A stretch of 64,000 nucleotides of DNA, taken from the IMG/VR virus record IMGVR_UViG_3300035208_002115; one strand, written 5' to 3'. The notes below the pieces were generated by a model, which saw nothing but the letters and a program-made list of their open reading frames with translations, was not told the origin of the DNA and ran no database searches. The DNA is from a virus (lineage: Duplodnaviria; Caudoviricetes). Below are positions 6,999 through 16,439 of the stretch, piece after piece (the first letter of the stretch is position 1; each line of letters begins with the position of its first letter). The position numbers and the translations under genes were made by a program.

Positions 6999-7095
6999 TT
7001 AACAATTTTTGTCGTAGTGGACGACAACCATTCAGGTAAGCTGGGTATCAAAATTTAACCATCAAGAAAGTGAGAGGCTTTCATTAAAAATATAT

Positions 7096-7169
7096 CGCAG
7101 GGTAGAGCAGTTGGTAGCTCGTCAGACTCATAATCTGAAGGTCGTGGCGTTCAAATCCCACCCCTGCAA
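7096..7169 (+). tRNA. initiator-type tRNA-fMet(CAU)
   Basis: CGCAGGG/CCCTGCA with C1:A72 mismatch; loop CTCATAA. Confidence 0.85.
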
Positions 7170-7175
7170 CTAAAT

Positions 7176-7247
7176 GCTCGGTTCGTATAGTGGTTAGTAC
7201 ACAACACCTTCAATGTTGTTACAGGGGTTCAATTCCCCTACCGAGTA
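7176..7247 (+). tRNA. tRNA-Glu(UUC), C at position 33
   Basis: GCTCGGT/ACCGAGT stem; CAACA-CCTTCAA-TGTTG. Confidence 0.8.
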
Positions 7248-7255
7248 CAAAATTT

Positions 7256-7338
7256 GGATAGGTAGCGAAGTGGTCAAACGCAATTGACTGTAAATCAATC
7301 ACTTACGAGTTTCGCAGGTTCGAATCCTGCCCTGTCCA
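7256..7338 (+). tRNA. tRNA-Tyr(GUA)
   Basis: GGATAGG/CCTGTCC stem, loop CTGTAAA, long variable arm. Confidence 0.93.
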
Positions 7339-7349
7339 CTTACTTAAAT

Positions 7350-7424
7350 GTTCGGTTCGTCTAACGGTCAAGGACGGCAGGTTTTCATCCTGTTAATAGG
7401 GGGGTTCGATTCCCCTACCGAATA
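7350..7424 (+). tRNA. tRNA-Glu(UUC)
   Basis: GTTCGGT/ACCGAAT stem, loop TTTTCAT. Confidence 0.88.
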
Positions 7425-7427
7425 CTA

Positions 7428-7763
7428 TTATCTCTCAGTATTAATCCAATAAGATTTGATATTTTCCTTGGCATCTTCGTCATATTCGATATATACTTCG
7501 CCTAAAGTTCTACCGTATTTTGCTAACCAAATACGTTTTTCATCGGCTAAACGATACCTGTTTTTCTTATCATATTCGACCGTTTCTATTCTATCGAGTT
7601 TACTATATAATTGTTTCTCGAATTCTTCTTTGGATATATGTTTAAATTGATTGTCTTTATGTTGTTCAACATAGGTTAAATATATAGCACGGTCAAAACG
7701 TTGTTGGTGTGTTTCACCGAAATCTTCATTTAAGAATTGGGAAAAGGATTGAACATTTTTCAT
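7428..7763 (-). CDS. hypothetical protein with N-terminal FxxFLNE motif, antisense within the tRNA cluster
   Basis: 111-aa ORF MKNVQSFSQFLNE; AATATATA motif upstream. Confidence 0.7.
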   Translation of the reverse strand: MKNVQSFSQFLNEDFGETHQQRFDRAIYLTYVEQHKDNQFKHISKEEFEKQLYSKLDRIETVEYDKKNRYRLADEKRIWLAKYGRTLGEVYIEYDEDAKENIKSYWINTER

Positions 7764-7842
7764 GATAAATAAAAATATTTTTTATTATATATTAAACATC
7801 TTACCATAATTTGACTATTTATAGAAAAATATTTTAATTAAT

Positions 7843-8025
7843 ATGATGGATGTTTCAGAATATAAAAGAAGAAGAAGACGTGCTTTAAAAGCAGTAAAGG
7901 CTCATACAAAATATAACAAACAAGAAGTGAAAGAATATTATGCTACTTGTAAATCCTATAAACAAACAATGGAACATTTTGGGATGACAAGTAAAGGCAC
8001 ACTTCATTGGAATTTAAATAATTAG
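7843..8025 (+). CDS. small hypothetical protein
   Basis: 60-aa basic ORF. Confidence 0.45.
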   Translation: MMDVSEYKRRRRRALKAVKAHTKYNKQEVKEYYATCKSYKQTMEHFGMTSKGTLHWNLNN

Positions 8026-8108
8026 CCCTCATGTCGAAAGTTTGGTAGCCGAAGCAGTTTCAAACACTGTTGCTGAAAGGCGTGTAGGTTCGAGTCCTAC
8101 TGGGGGTA
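8025..8108 (+). tRNA. tRNA-Leu(CAA)
   Basis: GCCCTCA/TGGGGGT stem, loop TTCAAAC, long variable arm. Confidence 0.88.
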
Positions 8109-8140
8109 CATACTATATTGATAAAAAATAATAATTTTAT

Positions 8141-8995
8141 GTGATTAAAAAATGTGAGAATTATGATAAAGAAACATTAGATAAAATAATACAAAAATGT
8201 TTTTCAATAGCTGGAGTTTGTAGAGAATTAAATATAAAAGCAATTGGTGGTAATTATAAAACTATAAAATATTATATCAATGCTTATAATCTTGATATAT
8301 CACATTTTACTGGTAAAGGCTGGAATATAGGTGAAAGATATAATAACGTTAAAAATAAAATCCCTTTAAGTGAAATATTAGTTGAGAATTCCACATATAC
8401 AAATACACATTTATTAAAGAAAAGACTTGTTAAAGAAGGTTATTTTGAATATAAATGTAATGAATGTGGATTAACTGAATGGTGTAATAAACCAATTTCC
8501 TTGCATTTAGACCATATTAATGGCGATAATTTAGACCATAGAATAGAGAACCTAAGATTATTATGTCCGAATTGTCATAGTCAAACAGAAACTTACTGTT
8601 CTAAAAATAAAAAAAGTTCAAAAAATACATTAAGAATACATAATTTTATTGAAAATAAAGATTTCTTAATCAATAGAGAATCAAAGAAACAAAAACATTA
8701 TTGTGAATGTGGTAAAGAAATAGAAAAAAGGGCTAAAAAATGCAGAGAATGTTATAAAAAAGATAGAACTGAAAGTGTTAAACAAAAAAATCATTGTGCA
8801 TGTGGTAAAGTGATTAAAAATGAATCAGTGATGTGTTTGGATTGTTTACATAAACATAACAGAAAAGTGGAAAGACCATCATATGAACAATTAATTTTAG
8901 AAATTAATGAATCTTCTTATACCTCAGTGGGTAAAAAATATAATGTTGCAGCTAAAACCATTAAAAAATGGAAATTAGCTTATGAAAGAATTTAA
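8141..8995 (+). CDS. free-standing HNH (homing-type) endonuclease with C-terminal zinc-ribbon repeats
   Basis: CNEC...LHLDHINGDNLDHRIENLRLLCPNCHSQT; repeated CxCGK...CxxC units. Confidence 0.9.
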   Translation: MIKKCENYDKETLDKIIQKCFSIAGVCRELNIKAIGGNYKTIKYYINAYNLDISHFTGKGWNIGERYNNVKNKIPLSEILVENSTYTNTHLLKKRLVKEGYFEYKCNECGLTEWCNKPISLHLDHINGDNLDHRIENLRLLCPNCHSQTETYCSKNKKSSKNTLRIHNFIENKDFLINRESKKQKHYCECGKEIEKRAKKCRECYKKDRTESVKQKNHCACGKVIKNESVMCLDCLHKHNRKVERPSYEQLILEINESSYTSVGKKYNVAAKTIKKWKLAYERI

Positions 8996-8999
8996 AAAC

Positions 9000-9295
9000 G
9001 CTCCTATGGTGGAATGGCAGACACGATGGACTTATACAATTTGAGTGCTTATAGAGAAATCTGTAAAGTAGAACTTGTCAAATTCGATGAAACCTATAAA
9101 ATGGTAATATCGAGCCAACCCATCTTTTTTTAGATGGAAGTGTGTAGAGAGTAGACGGCAAGCACCTAAGTCGAAAGATATGGTGAAGGTGTATTCCAGA
9201 CCACAAAATCAATTTGATGCGATGAAAGTCGTAGTGGTAAGAAAATCCATTGGGCAGTAATGTTCGTATCGGTTCAAGTCCGATTAGGAGTACCA
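9000..9295 (+). tRNA. tRNA-Leu(UAA) interrupted by a group I intron; encoded CCA
   Basis: Exon 1 9000-9033 ends ATGGACTT; exon 2 9242-9295 starts AAAATCCAT; spliced loop CTTAAAA; acceptor GCTCCTA/TAGGAGT. Confidence 0.92.
9034..9241 (+). ncRNA. group I self-splicing intron (tRNA-Leu UAA type, 208 nt, no internal ORF)
   Basis: Inserted after U34 and ends in G; core CAAATTCGATGAAACC..GGTAATATCGAGCCAA..GTAGAGAGTAGACGG..AAGGTGTATTCC parallels cyanobacterial/plastid trnL introns. Confidence 0.9.
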
Positions 9296-9361
9296 AAAAA
9301 CAGGATAACAAATGGGTTATCCTGTTTTAAAACAAAACATTTTATTTTCACTATATTAATA

Positions 9362-9706
9362 ATGCAAAACATTGATGTTTTAATTTTCATAAAAAGTATA
9401 AGAGAATCCTTTAGTAGTTCAGTAACTGTTTATACATATGGTAATTGCTACCAATTTTATGAAATATTAAAAACAATATATCCAGAAGCCGAAGCTTATT
9501 ATGATGGCAGTCATGTCTGGACAAAAATAGGTGATAAATATTATGATATAACAGGTGAATTAAAGCTTGAAGGTAAGTTTGAAAACATAAATTTAAGACC
9601 AATTGTAGATAATGAACAAATTGCATCATTATCTAAGAATAAATGGTCAGATGAAAGAAGAAAAGATTATTGTCAAGAATACAAAAACAAATTATTAAAT
9701 AAATGA
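9362..9706 (+). CDS. hypothetical protein
   Basis: ATG at 9362 preferred because the track start (9260) overlaps the tRNA; GNCYQF..HVWTKI motif. Confidence 0.7.
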   Translation: MQNIDVLIFIKSIRESFSSSVTVYTYGNCYQFYEILKTIYPEAEAYYDGSHVWTKIGDKYYDITGELKLEGKFENINLRPIVDNEQIASLSKNKWSDERRKDYCQEYKNKLLNK

Positions 9707-9918
9707 AAAGAGGTACGATAGAGCAACAAGAAAGATTTTCTAAATTAGATATACAGAAAATGTATCCAAATGAATGTGAAAATTATGATATTGTAGCACT
9801 TATGGAAATGTGGCATTTATATAATAGTGAACCGAAACGTGGTGATTGGATTGATGGTAAAATAATTGAAGAAGTGACGAATGATGGGACAGCATACTTC
9901 ATCTTATTAAAGAAATAG
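9703..9918 (+). CDS. hypothetical protein
   Basis: 71-aa ORF overlapping the previous stop. Confidence 0.6.
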   Translation: MKRGTIEQQERFSKLDIQKMYPNECENYDIVALMEMWHLYNSEPKRGDWIDGKIIEEVTNDGTAYFILLKK

Positions 9919-9953
9919 ACAATATTTATAAAATATACTTGCAAGTCAAAGTG

Positions 9954-10069
9954 AAATACCCCAACCGAAAGACAAGTAGGTTACTGGTGCAGAGGTGGTT
10001 CGAGTCCCCGAACAGACCAAGGTCGTGCTTGGCTTGTGCAGGTTCGCAAAAAACAGTTTGGGGGTATTT
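9954..10069 (+). ncRNA. unassigned structured RNA with T-loop-like element
   Basis: Closing stem AAATACCCCAA/TTGGGGGTATTT; internal GGTTCGAGTCC; GC-rich relative to flanks. Confidence 0.5.
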
Positions 10070-10074
10070 TTAAT

Positions 10075-10149
10075 AGTGCGTTAGTTCAGTGGTAGAATAC
10101 AAGTTTGTCACACTTGGGGTCAGGGGTTCAAATCCCCTACGCACTGCCA
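10075..10149 (+). tRNA. tRNA-Asp(GUC), encoded CCA
   Basis: AGTGCGT/ACGCACT stem; CAAGT-TTGTCAC-ACTTG. Confidence 0.92.
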
Positions 10150-10334
10150 ATGAAAGCTGATAATAAAAACAACCCTTGAATAGGTTGTAAAGGTTGCTAA
10201 ATAATGGATGAATTGCAATCTAAAACAAGAATCGACTATTTCCATTATTATTTTCAGCTTTTATTTAAAACAAAATATTTATTTTTGTATATAAATAATA
10301 AATTTTTTTAGTTTAATTAATTAAGTAATAATTT

Positions 10335-10643
10335 ATGGCACAAATACCAAATGAAGTAATTGATGTTGTTAGAAAAAAACACAACGCTCAGATAACAACA
10401 ATTGAAAATGAATTTGATAATTATATATGGAGATTATCAGCAATAATTACAGGGAGTGCTAACAGAGCTGATAGTTCAAAAATAGCCACCGAAGTATCTA
10501 AATATTTGCAATTAGTTAAAAAAGAGTTTATTCTTAATTGGTGCAATGTTGAATTCTTAGAAGCTGTTTCTCAGCATCAAAGTGATTTTTTAGATAAAAA
10601 TGGGTTTGACTCTGAAGAAGTTGTTAAAGAATTTAAATATTAA
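10335..10643 (+). CDS. hypothetical protein
   Basis: 102-aa ORF. Confidence 0.65.
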   Translation: MAQIPNEVIDVVRKKHNAQITTIENEFDNYIWRLSAIITGSANRADSSKIATEVSKYLQLVKKEFILNWCNVEFLEAVSQHQSDFLDKNGFDSEEVVKEFKY

Positions 10644-10780
10644 AATTTATAACGGACTTTTGTTATTTCATTTTATAAATAAAAACGTTCTTTCAAATAA
10701 TCATTTCTAAAAAGTAGATTGGCCATACGAGTTAGTCGTGTCCCTTGGAGTTTCTTAGGTAAACAAAAAACACGAAACTT

Positions 10781-11170
10781 ATGGAAACAAACTATTTATT
10801 TTTAAATGATTACGCAGGGTTCACTTATGAAGCGGTTGTTGAGGACATAGTTGCCAACTATCAGGTGTCACAATCTTTTGTTGATAACTATCGTATCTTG
10901 GTGGCACATCTTTCTGGTGATGGTGGGTACGAAGAATCTTCTTATTTCTTATTGGTTGAGAAATCTACTGGTAATTTATTTGAAGTTTCTGGTGGTCACT
11001 GTTCCTGTTATGGTTTCGAAGGCCAGTTTGAGCCAGAGATTACTTCGATAGAGTATCTTATTTCAGAACAGTCCTACTTCGGTAGAGACCCTGAAGTAAA
11101 GAAACAAATCGAGATTTGTTTGGTGAAATGGATTCGTTACTTGAAATTGAAAGAAATATTCGAGTTCTAA
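10781..11170 (+). CDS. hypothetical phage protein with C-terminal RxxKL motif
   Basis: GGHCSCYG motif; ends IRYLKLKEIFEF. Confidence 0.7.
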   Translation: METNYLFLNDYAGFTYEAVVEDIVANYQVSQSFVDNYRILVAHLSGDGGYEESSYFLLVEKSTGNLFEVSGGHCSCYGFEGQFEPEITSIEYLISEQSYFGRDPEVKKQIEICLVKWIRYLKLKEIFEF

Positions 11171-11222
11171 ATGAAAGTTTAGGACTCGATTTTTTATATA
11201 TAAAAAGAAAACAACATATTAA

Positions 11223-11780
11223 ATGATTTTTAGTTATATATCATTTATCAAAGAAAACATAAAACATCAATATAAATTTTATAAAAATATTGATAATATT
11301 GTTGATGGTGAACCATTAGTTTATTATAATGTTCCATTTGAATTAGGCGAAAAAGGTATAGGTTTTAGTGATACAGAAGATTGGAAACATTATTTAGGTA
11401 ACCAATATGTTTATGATTATATTAAAGACATTGATATAAAAGAAGCTTTAAAAGAAGACTTATCTAATATAAATATATCTGTTGATTGGACTTCTATAAA
11501 AGAAGATGATATAATAAACAATATATCAGCATATCAAAATAAAAATAAACATTCTTTAAGAATTGCCAAATTAGTTAAAGAGATGTTAGATAACAAACCA
11601 ATAAGACCAGTTTCAATGTTTTTTGATGCGATGTCGTATAATTACGATATAAAGAATAACATTGAAGATGGAAATCATAGAATAAGAGCATTACAATATT
11701 TAAAATATGATGGGTTTCCAGCTTACATATATGGTGGACATTCAAAATATCTTATTGAATATTTAAATCAAAATATTTAG
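11223..11780 (+). CDS. ParB/sulfiredoxin-like domain protein
   Basis: IEDGNHRIRAL motif; N-terminal YxxFIKE motif. Confidence 0.65.
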   Translation: MIFSYISFIKENIKHQYKFYKNIDNIVDGEPLVYYNVPFELGEKGIGFSDTEDWKHYLGNQYVYDYIKDIDIKEALKEDLSNINISVDWTSIKEDDIINNISAYQNKNKHSLRIAKLVKEMLDNKPIRPVSMFFDAMSYNYDIKNNIEDGNHRIRALQYLKYDGFPAYIYGGHSKYLIEYLNQNI

Positions 11781-11891
11781 ATGGGTTTTTTATCAATCTA
11801 AGCATCTATATTTATTATAGAATTTTTTTTATAATATTTTTCATATTATTTTTGGTTCATTATTTTTACTACAAACCAAAAATTTACTACT

Positions 11892-12155
11892 ATGTTTGAG
11901 AACGTGATACTTGCAGAAATAGAAGGTGTTAAATATATACTTTCTGAAGATATAAAATATGGTGATAAAGTTGTTGGGTATTTTGAAGTTGGTAAATATT
12001 GGTTAACTGATTGTATAGCGAAGAACAACTTTGATGAAGGTGACATCAAAAACCAGTTTTTGATTTTCAAAGATGGTATTAGTTGTGGTGTAGCCAACAA
12101 TCCATTCAAACACCAAAGATGGTTCAAGGTAATAGGAACTCTTAAAGAAGTATGA
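11892..12155 (+). CDS. hypothetical protein
   Basis: 87-aa ORF. Confidence 0.55.
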   Translation: MFENVILAEIEGVKYILSEDIKYGDKVVGYFEVGKYWLTDCIAKNNFDEGDIKNQFLIFKDGISCGVANNPFKHQRWFKVIGTLKEV

Positions 12156-12210
12156 TGGTACTAATAAAATATTAGACTTCTTTTTATATATAGAAATAAA
12201 AATATTTTTT

Positions 12211-12966
12211 ATGGGGTATATTAAAAAATACGATGAAGTGGTTAATGAGCATAAATCCTCATTCAAGGTTTGTATAAAATGGGCGCATGGTGATGATGAT
12301 TTCTTCACCGATAAAATATATTATTTTTCTACTGAAGAAATGATGAGGAAGTATTTGGATTTTATTTTTGATGTTCGAAAATTTATACCAAACAGAGGTT
12401 ATAAAAATCTTGGTTATTTTGAAGATGGATACCACGAAGGAAAAGGAGAATGGGTTCGAAAAATAGCTGAAAAACACAATCCAGAATTTATTGATTATAT
12501 GGAGATTGACGGGTCTGGCCCAAGTGACCATTATGCAAATATTGAAGACATTTATGTTAAAATAGGTAATAAAAGAAAATTTATCGTCTGGTCAGAAGCA
12601 TTAAATACTAACATTATAAGTTTACCAGAAAAAGGTTCTATAATAGATACCAATTCTGGACAAATATGTGGACATGGTAAATACACATTTGGTGGTAAAA
12701 CCAGTGACTATTTATACCATTGGGATTTGAAAAAAATATATGATGAGAAAAAAGAAGGTAAATATACCCCAATGAAACTTGAAATATTAGATATTAAGAT
12801 AGCTAATTATAGCAATTATATTAAAGATTATGACGCTTTTAAATACGAGGTGTTGTGTAAGATACCAGAAGGATTAGTAACAACCGAAATTGATGGATAC
12901 GACCCAGATTTTGAGAAAAAGTATAATAAAGAAAAGTGGGATGGTATGTCACTATATTTAGTTTAG
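12211..12966 (+). CDS. hypothetical protein (N-terminal YIKKYDEVVNE motif)
   Basis: 251-aa ORF; TATATATA at 12185. Confidence 0.7.
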   Translation: MGYIKKYDEVVNEHKSSFKVCIKWAHGDDDFFTDKIYYFSTEEMMRKYLDFIFDVRKFIPNRGYKNLGYFEDGYHEGKGEWVRKIAEKHNPEFIDYMEIDGSGPSDHYANIEDIYVKIGNKRKFIVWSEALNTNIISLPEKGSIIDTNSGQICGHGKYTFGGKTSDYLYHWDLKKIYDEKKEGKYTPMKLEILDIKIANYSNYIKDYDAFKYEVLCKIPEGLVTTEIDGYDPDFEKKYNKEKWDGMSLYLV

Positions 12967-13082
12967 CGCATATTTTTGATTATATCATATTCAGCGCATA
13001 TTTTTATCATAGGATTTTTTTTACAGAACATTTCTTAATATTTTTGGTATGTTAATTTTATTACAAACCAAAAAGTTCTGAT

Positions 13083-14297
13083 ATGAAAAGGATTAGAAAA
13101 TTTAAAGTTACTTCGACCTTAAAAAGTGGTAAGACAGTAAGTCAGCCGTCTTTTGGTAGAAAAGATTTAAATGTTGTAATTTCAGCTTTAATATCAGATG
13201 TGGATGTAGAATCAGTGAACATTTCCAAGGAAGGTTTTGCCGATGCATCAGATATTAAGATTTGGAATTTATAATTTAAAAATATACTGATATGAAAACA
13301 CCGTTGAAATTCTACATTGGTGAAAGGAGTAATCCACAGTTAAAAAAGTCTTATTTTGTTACCTATGGCAGGTTAACAAAAAAGGATGCTCAGAAAAAGG
13401 AAGATTGTCTTTACGGCAGTATGTCTTTAACCCCGTATGAAACCGAGGAAGAATATAACACTGCAATATCAAAACTGGAAGAAGAAGGGTTTAATATTAA
13501 AAATAGTGTTTGAGTCATGAAAAAAGTAAGACTAATGAAACGGGTTATGAAATGTTTGATGATTTTTGTAGTATTGTCAATAGTTTCTATGATGTACATT
13601 GCTTTTAACTTCGAAGCGTATAGAGGTATTACGTTTTTACTATCGAGTTTATCGATTTTAACTACTGCTGTTATATTTTACACTTTTTATCTGGTTGTAA
13701 AATATGTCTTGAATCTTGACCAAGATACAGAAAAATCGGAAGATGTTGGTAATATATTAATGTCTTTTGTTTACAACGGGAAGAAACATATTAAAATTGT
13801 TTAACTATGAATATATTTAATTTTTTCAAAAGAAATTCATCATTTGAAATAGGTGAATATGTTCGCTTAGATAAAGGAAAAAGTAGTGACCAATTGGTTA
13901 AATTGACTGAAATATATGATGGTGGTAAGGTTTGTTATATTGAAGGACACTATTGGTCTGGTACAGTGGATATGAAACGAATAAGTAAAGAGGTATGAAA
14001 AAATTAAAAGATATCAAGTACGAAATACTTAATGATATACTTATTGTAGTATTCATTTTAAGCCAAGTAATACCCATTGTGTGGATGGGTGTATATTTGT
14101 ATAAGAATAGTGATAGGGTAGAGGAATATTACACAGTTACAGTCTCCAATATTGATGCTGACCATGTTATAATGAATAAGAGATTAGATGGTTATGAATT
14201 AATAGGTCGGGATTATTGTCAAAATGGTGAGCCAAATGAATTATATTCTGGTGATAATATGGTTACTATTTCGATGATTAAATTGAAAAACCCATAA
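13083..14297 (+). other. run of five small hypothetical CDS (13083-13274, 13292-13513, 13517-13804, 13807-13998, 13995-14297)
   Basis: Co-oriented, tightly packed ORFs; two have hydrophobic segments. Confidence 0.6.
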
Positions 14298-14304
14298 CAA
14301 AAAC

Positions 14305-14385
14305 GGTGGAATGCCTGAGTGGTTGAAGGGGGCGGTCTGCAAAACCGCTACGAAAGTCTCGTGGGTTCGAATCCCACTTCCACCT
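14305..14385 (+). tRNA. tRNA-Cys(GCA) with extended variable loop
   Basis: GGTGGAA/TTCCACC stem, U73, GCGGT-CTGCAAA-ACCGC. Confidence 0.9.
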
Positions 14386-14404
14386 CAAAACAAAAATTAT
14401 CAAT

Positions 14405-14659
14405 ATGACACCAGAAGATGTTCTAAAAAATTGCATTAAATTCGAGGTTAAAGATTTTGAACGAATCTTTATAGAATCTGGATATAAAAGTTCTGATAGT
14501 GTAATAAGTTTAGAGGATGCTATGTCAGCTATAAAAGAATATATGGAATATGCTGATAATGTTGCTCTACATTGTATCCAGTTGGCGACAAATTTAAACT
14601 ATGGTAGTAGATGCTCACTGGAATATTTGCAGAAAGCAAAAGATAAAATGAAAAAGTAA
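14405..14659 (+). CDS. hypothetical protein
   Basis: 84-aa ORF. Confidence 0.55.
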   Translation: MTPEDVLKNCIKFEVKDFERIFIESGYKSSDSVISLEDAMSAIKEYMEYADNVALHCIQLATNLNYGSRCSLEYLQKAKDKMKK

Positions 14660-14757
14660 AAAGAAAGGAGAATACAAATTATGATTGATTTTAGTTAGAT
14701 ACTCACCTACGTGGTGAGTTTTTTATTACGTATTATTAAAAAATTAAATACTAAAAA

Positions 14758-15408
14758 ATGAAACAATATCCACACATAGAGTATTGGAATCAATGTAAGT
14801 TTGGTTCTACCATCTGGGGATTTGATAAATTAGATGGCTCTAATATCCGAGCCGAGTGGAGAAAAAAAAGAGGGTTTTATAAATTCGGGACTAAACAACA
14901 AATGATTGATACCCGACACCCACAATTCGGTGAAGCTGTCACACTATTTCTAAACAAGTATAATGAAGGGTTATCTAAAATATTCACTGATGATAAGTAT
15001 TACAGAAACGTTCAAAACTTTGTAGTATTTTCAGAATATTTTGGTGAAAATTCATTTGCTGGATATCATATACCAGAAGATAAAAAAGACATTTTACTTT
15101 TCGATATCAGCCTTTATAAAAAAGGTTGGGTTAAACCAAAAGACTTTATAAACGATTTTGAGCATCTTGGGATACCAAGACTAATATATCATGGTAATTA
15201 TAATAAAAAGCTTATACGTGATGTAAAAGAAGGTATTTTTGATGTAAAAGAAGGTATAGTCGTTAAAGGTTTAAGACAAACAAAAGGTGACGAACTGGTT
15301 TGGTTAACTAAAATAAAGACCAATGAATGGTTAAAAAGATTGAAGAACAAATTCGGTGAGAAGTATCTTTTGAAAGAAGTAAATTACGATAAAGAATTGT
15401 TAGATTAA
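14758..15408 (+). CDS. RNA ligase-like nucleotidyltransferase (Rnl2-type adenylation domain)
   Basis: Motif I KLDGSN, FSEYFG, LLFDI, EGIVVK, KIK. Confidence 0.75.
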   Translation: MKQYPHIEYWNQCKFGSTIWGFDKLDGSNIRAEWRKKRGFYKFGTKQQMIDTRHPQFGEAVTLFLNKYNEGLSKIFTDDKYYRNVQNFVVFSEYFGENSFAGYHIPEDKKDILLFDISLYKKGWVKPKDFINDFEHLGIPRLIYHGNYNKKLIRDVKEGIFDVKEGIVVKGLRQTKGDELVWLTKIKTNEWLKRLKNKFGEKYLLKEVNYDKELLD

Positions 15409-15438
15409 TATGGGTGGGCTTTATGCCCACTCAAATAT

Positions 15439-15524
15439 GGATAGGTAGCAAAGTGGTTAAATGCGCTTGACTGTAAATCAAGTCCCTTCGGGGTTCGTAG
15501 GTTCGAATCCTACCCTGTCCACCA
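15439..15524 (+). tRNA. tRNA-Tyr(GUA), encoded CCA
   Basis: GGATAGG/CCTGTCC stem; CTTGA-CTGTAAA-TCAAG. Confidence 0.93.
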
Positions 15525-15528
15525 ATAT

Positions 15529-15611
15529 GAGTAGGTATGCAAATGGCGAAGCAAGCGGTCTGTAAAACCGTGACGTAAGAGACACTGGGGGTTCAAATCC
15601 CTCTCTACTCA
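15529..15611 (+). tRNA. tRNA-Tyr(GUA), divergent copy
   Basis: GAGTAGG/TCTACTC stem; GCGGT-CTGTAAA-ACCGT. Confidence 0.85.
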
Positions 15612-15708
15612 CTTTTAAATATCCTTTTACCCATACATGTCAATTATATCCCATAAAAATATTATTTCTTAATATATTTTTTCATATTTTTGTTTAATAA
15701 AACATGAT

Positions 15709-16080
15709 ATGGAATATATTACTATTACTGAGTATAGGGATGAAAAAATAGACAGGACTATCAGTAAGTCTTTGAATGATTATGTAGACTCATCAATAAA
15801 AAAATTAAAAGATGAGCTTATAGCCAATGAGTTCTCGATAAAATGTAAAAGAATAAATTCAAATTTATATCATTCTATTGGTGTTTGGGGTGTTTGGGGT
15901 GTATATGGTGATTTGAATTACAAAATAAAAAATTCAAAAATTTATTATGTTCAAATATCGTGGCGGGTATCGCATCAAATGAAATTGTATGTATTTACAC
16001 AATATAAAAAATTTGACACATATATAAATTCACTGGAAAGAGAGAGGGTTTTGAAAATAGAAGAATTAGAAATACTATGA
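15709..16080 (+). CDS. hypothetical protein, C-terminal RxxKI motif family
   Basis: ends ERVLKIEELEIL. Confidence 0.75.
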   Translation: MEYITITEYRDEKIDRTISKSLNDYVDSSIKKLKDELIANEFSIKCKRINSNLYHSIGVWGVWGVYGDLNYKIKNSKIYYVQISWRVSHQMKLYVFTQYKKFDTYINSLERERVLKIEELEIL

Positions 16081-16439
16081 CAAATATTGATTATATAGAT
16101 GATGTTGATATAAGAAATCATATAATAGTTTATATTGAGGTTACTTGTAAAATAATACAAAAATTTATCAGTGAACCGAGTTCTAAAGATGTAATAGAAA
16201 TGATGAAATTTATAGATGGTATTGAAACTTATAAATACAAAAATTATCGAGTAGTCTTGGTGTTAAATGATTATAGGGATACACCTAAAATATATAAAGT
16301 GGGATTAGAATTCAGTATAATTAAAGATGGTGATTGGAAAGATTGGAAGAATAGTGATGTAATACATATAATAAATCGTAAAGTGTATACCATATCAAAA
16401 GAAAGAATGATAAAGATTGAAAGATTGAAATTGTTATGA
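16077..16439 (+). CDS. hypothetical protein, C-terminal RxxKI motif family
   Basis: ends ERMIKIERLKLL; ATGA overlap with the previous gene. Confidence 0.75.
   Translation: MTNIDYIDDVDIRNHIIVYIEVTCKIIQKFISEPSSKDVIEMMKFIDGIETYKYKNYRVVLVLNDYRDTPKIYKVGLEFSIIKDGDWKDWKNSDVIHIINRKVYTISKERMIKIERLKLL

Noticed and set aside
7176-7247. Possible UCA (opal suppressor or Sec) tRNA
   Set aside because: The 7-nt loop CCTTCAA puts TTC at positions 34-36, and the body resembles the Glu tRNA at 7350
9078-9311. 77-aa minus-strand ORF as an intron-encoded protein
   Set aside because: Antisense to the intron and tRNA exon, with no nuclease motifs
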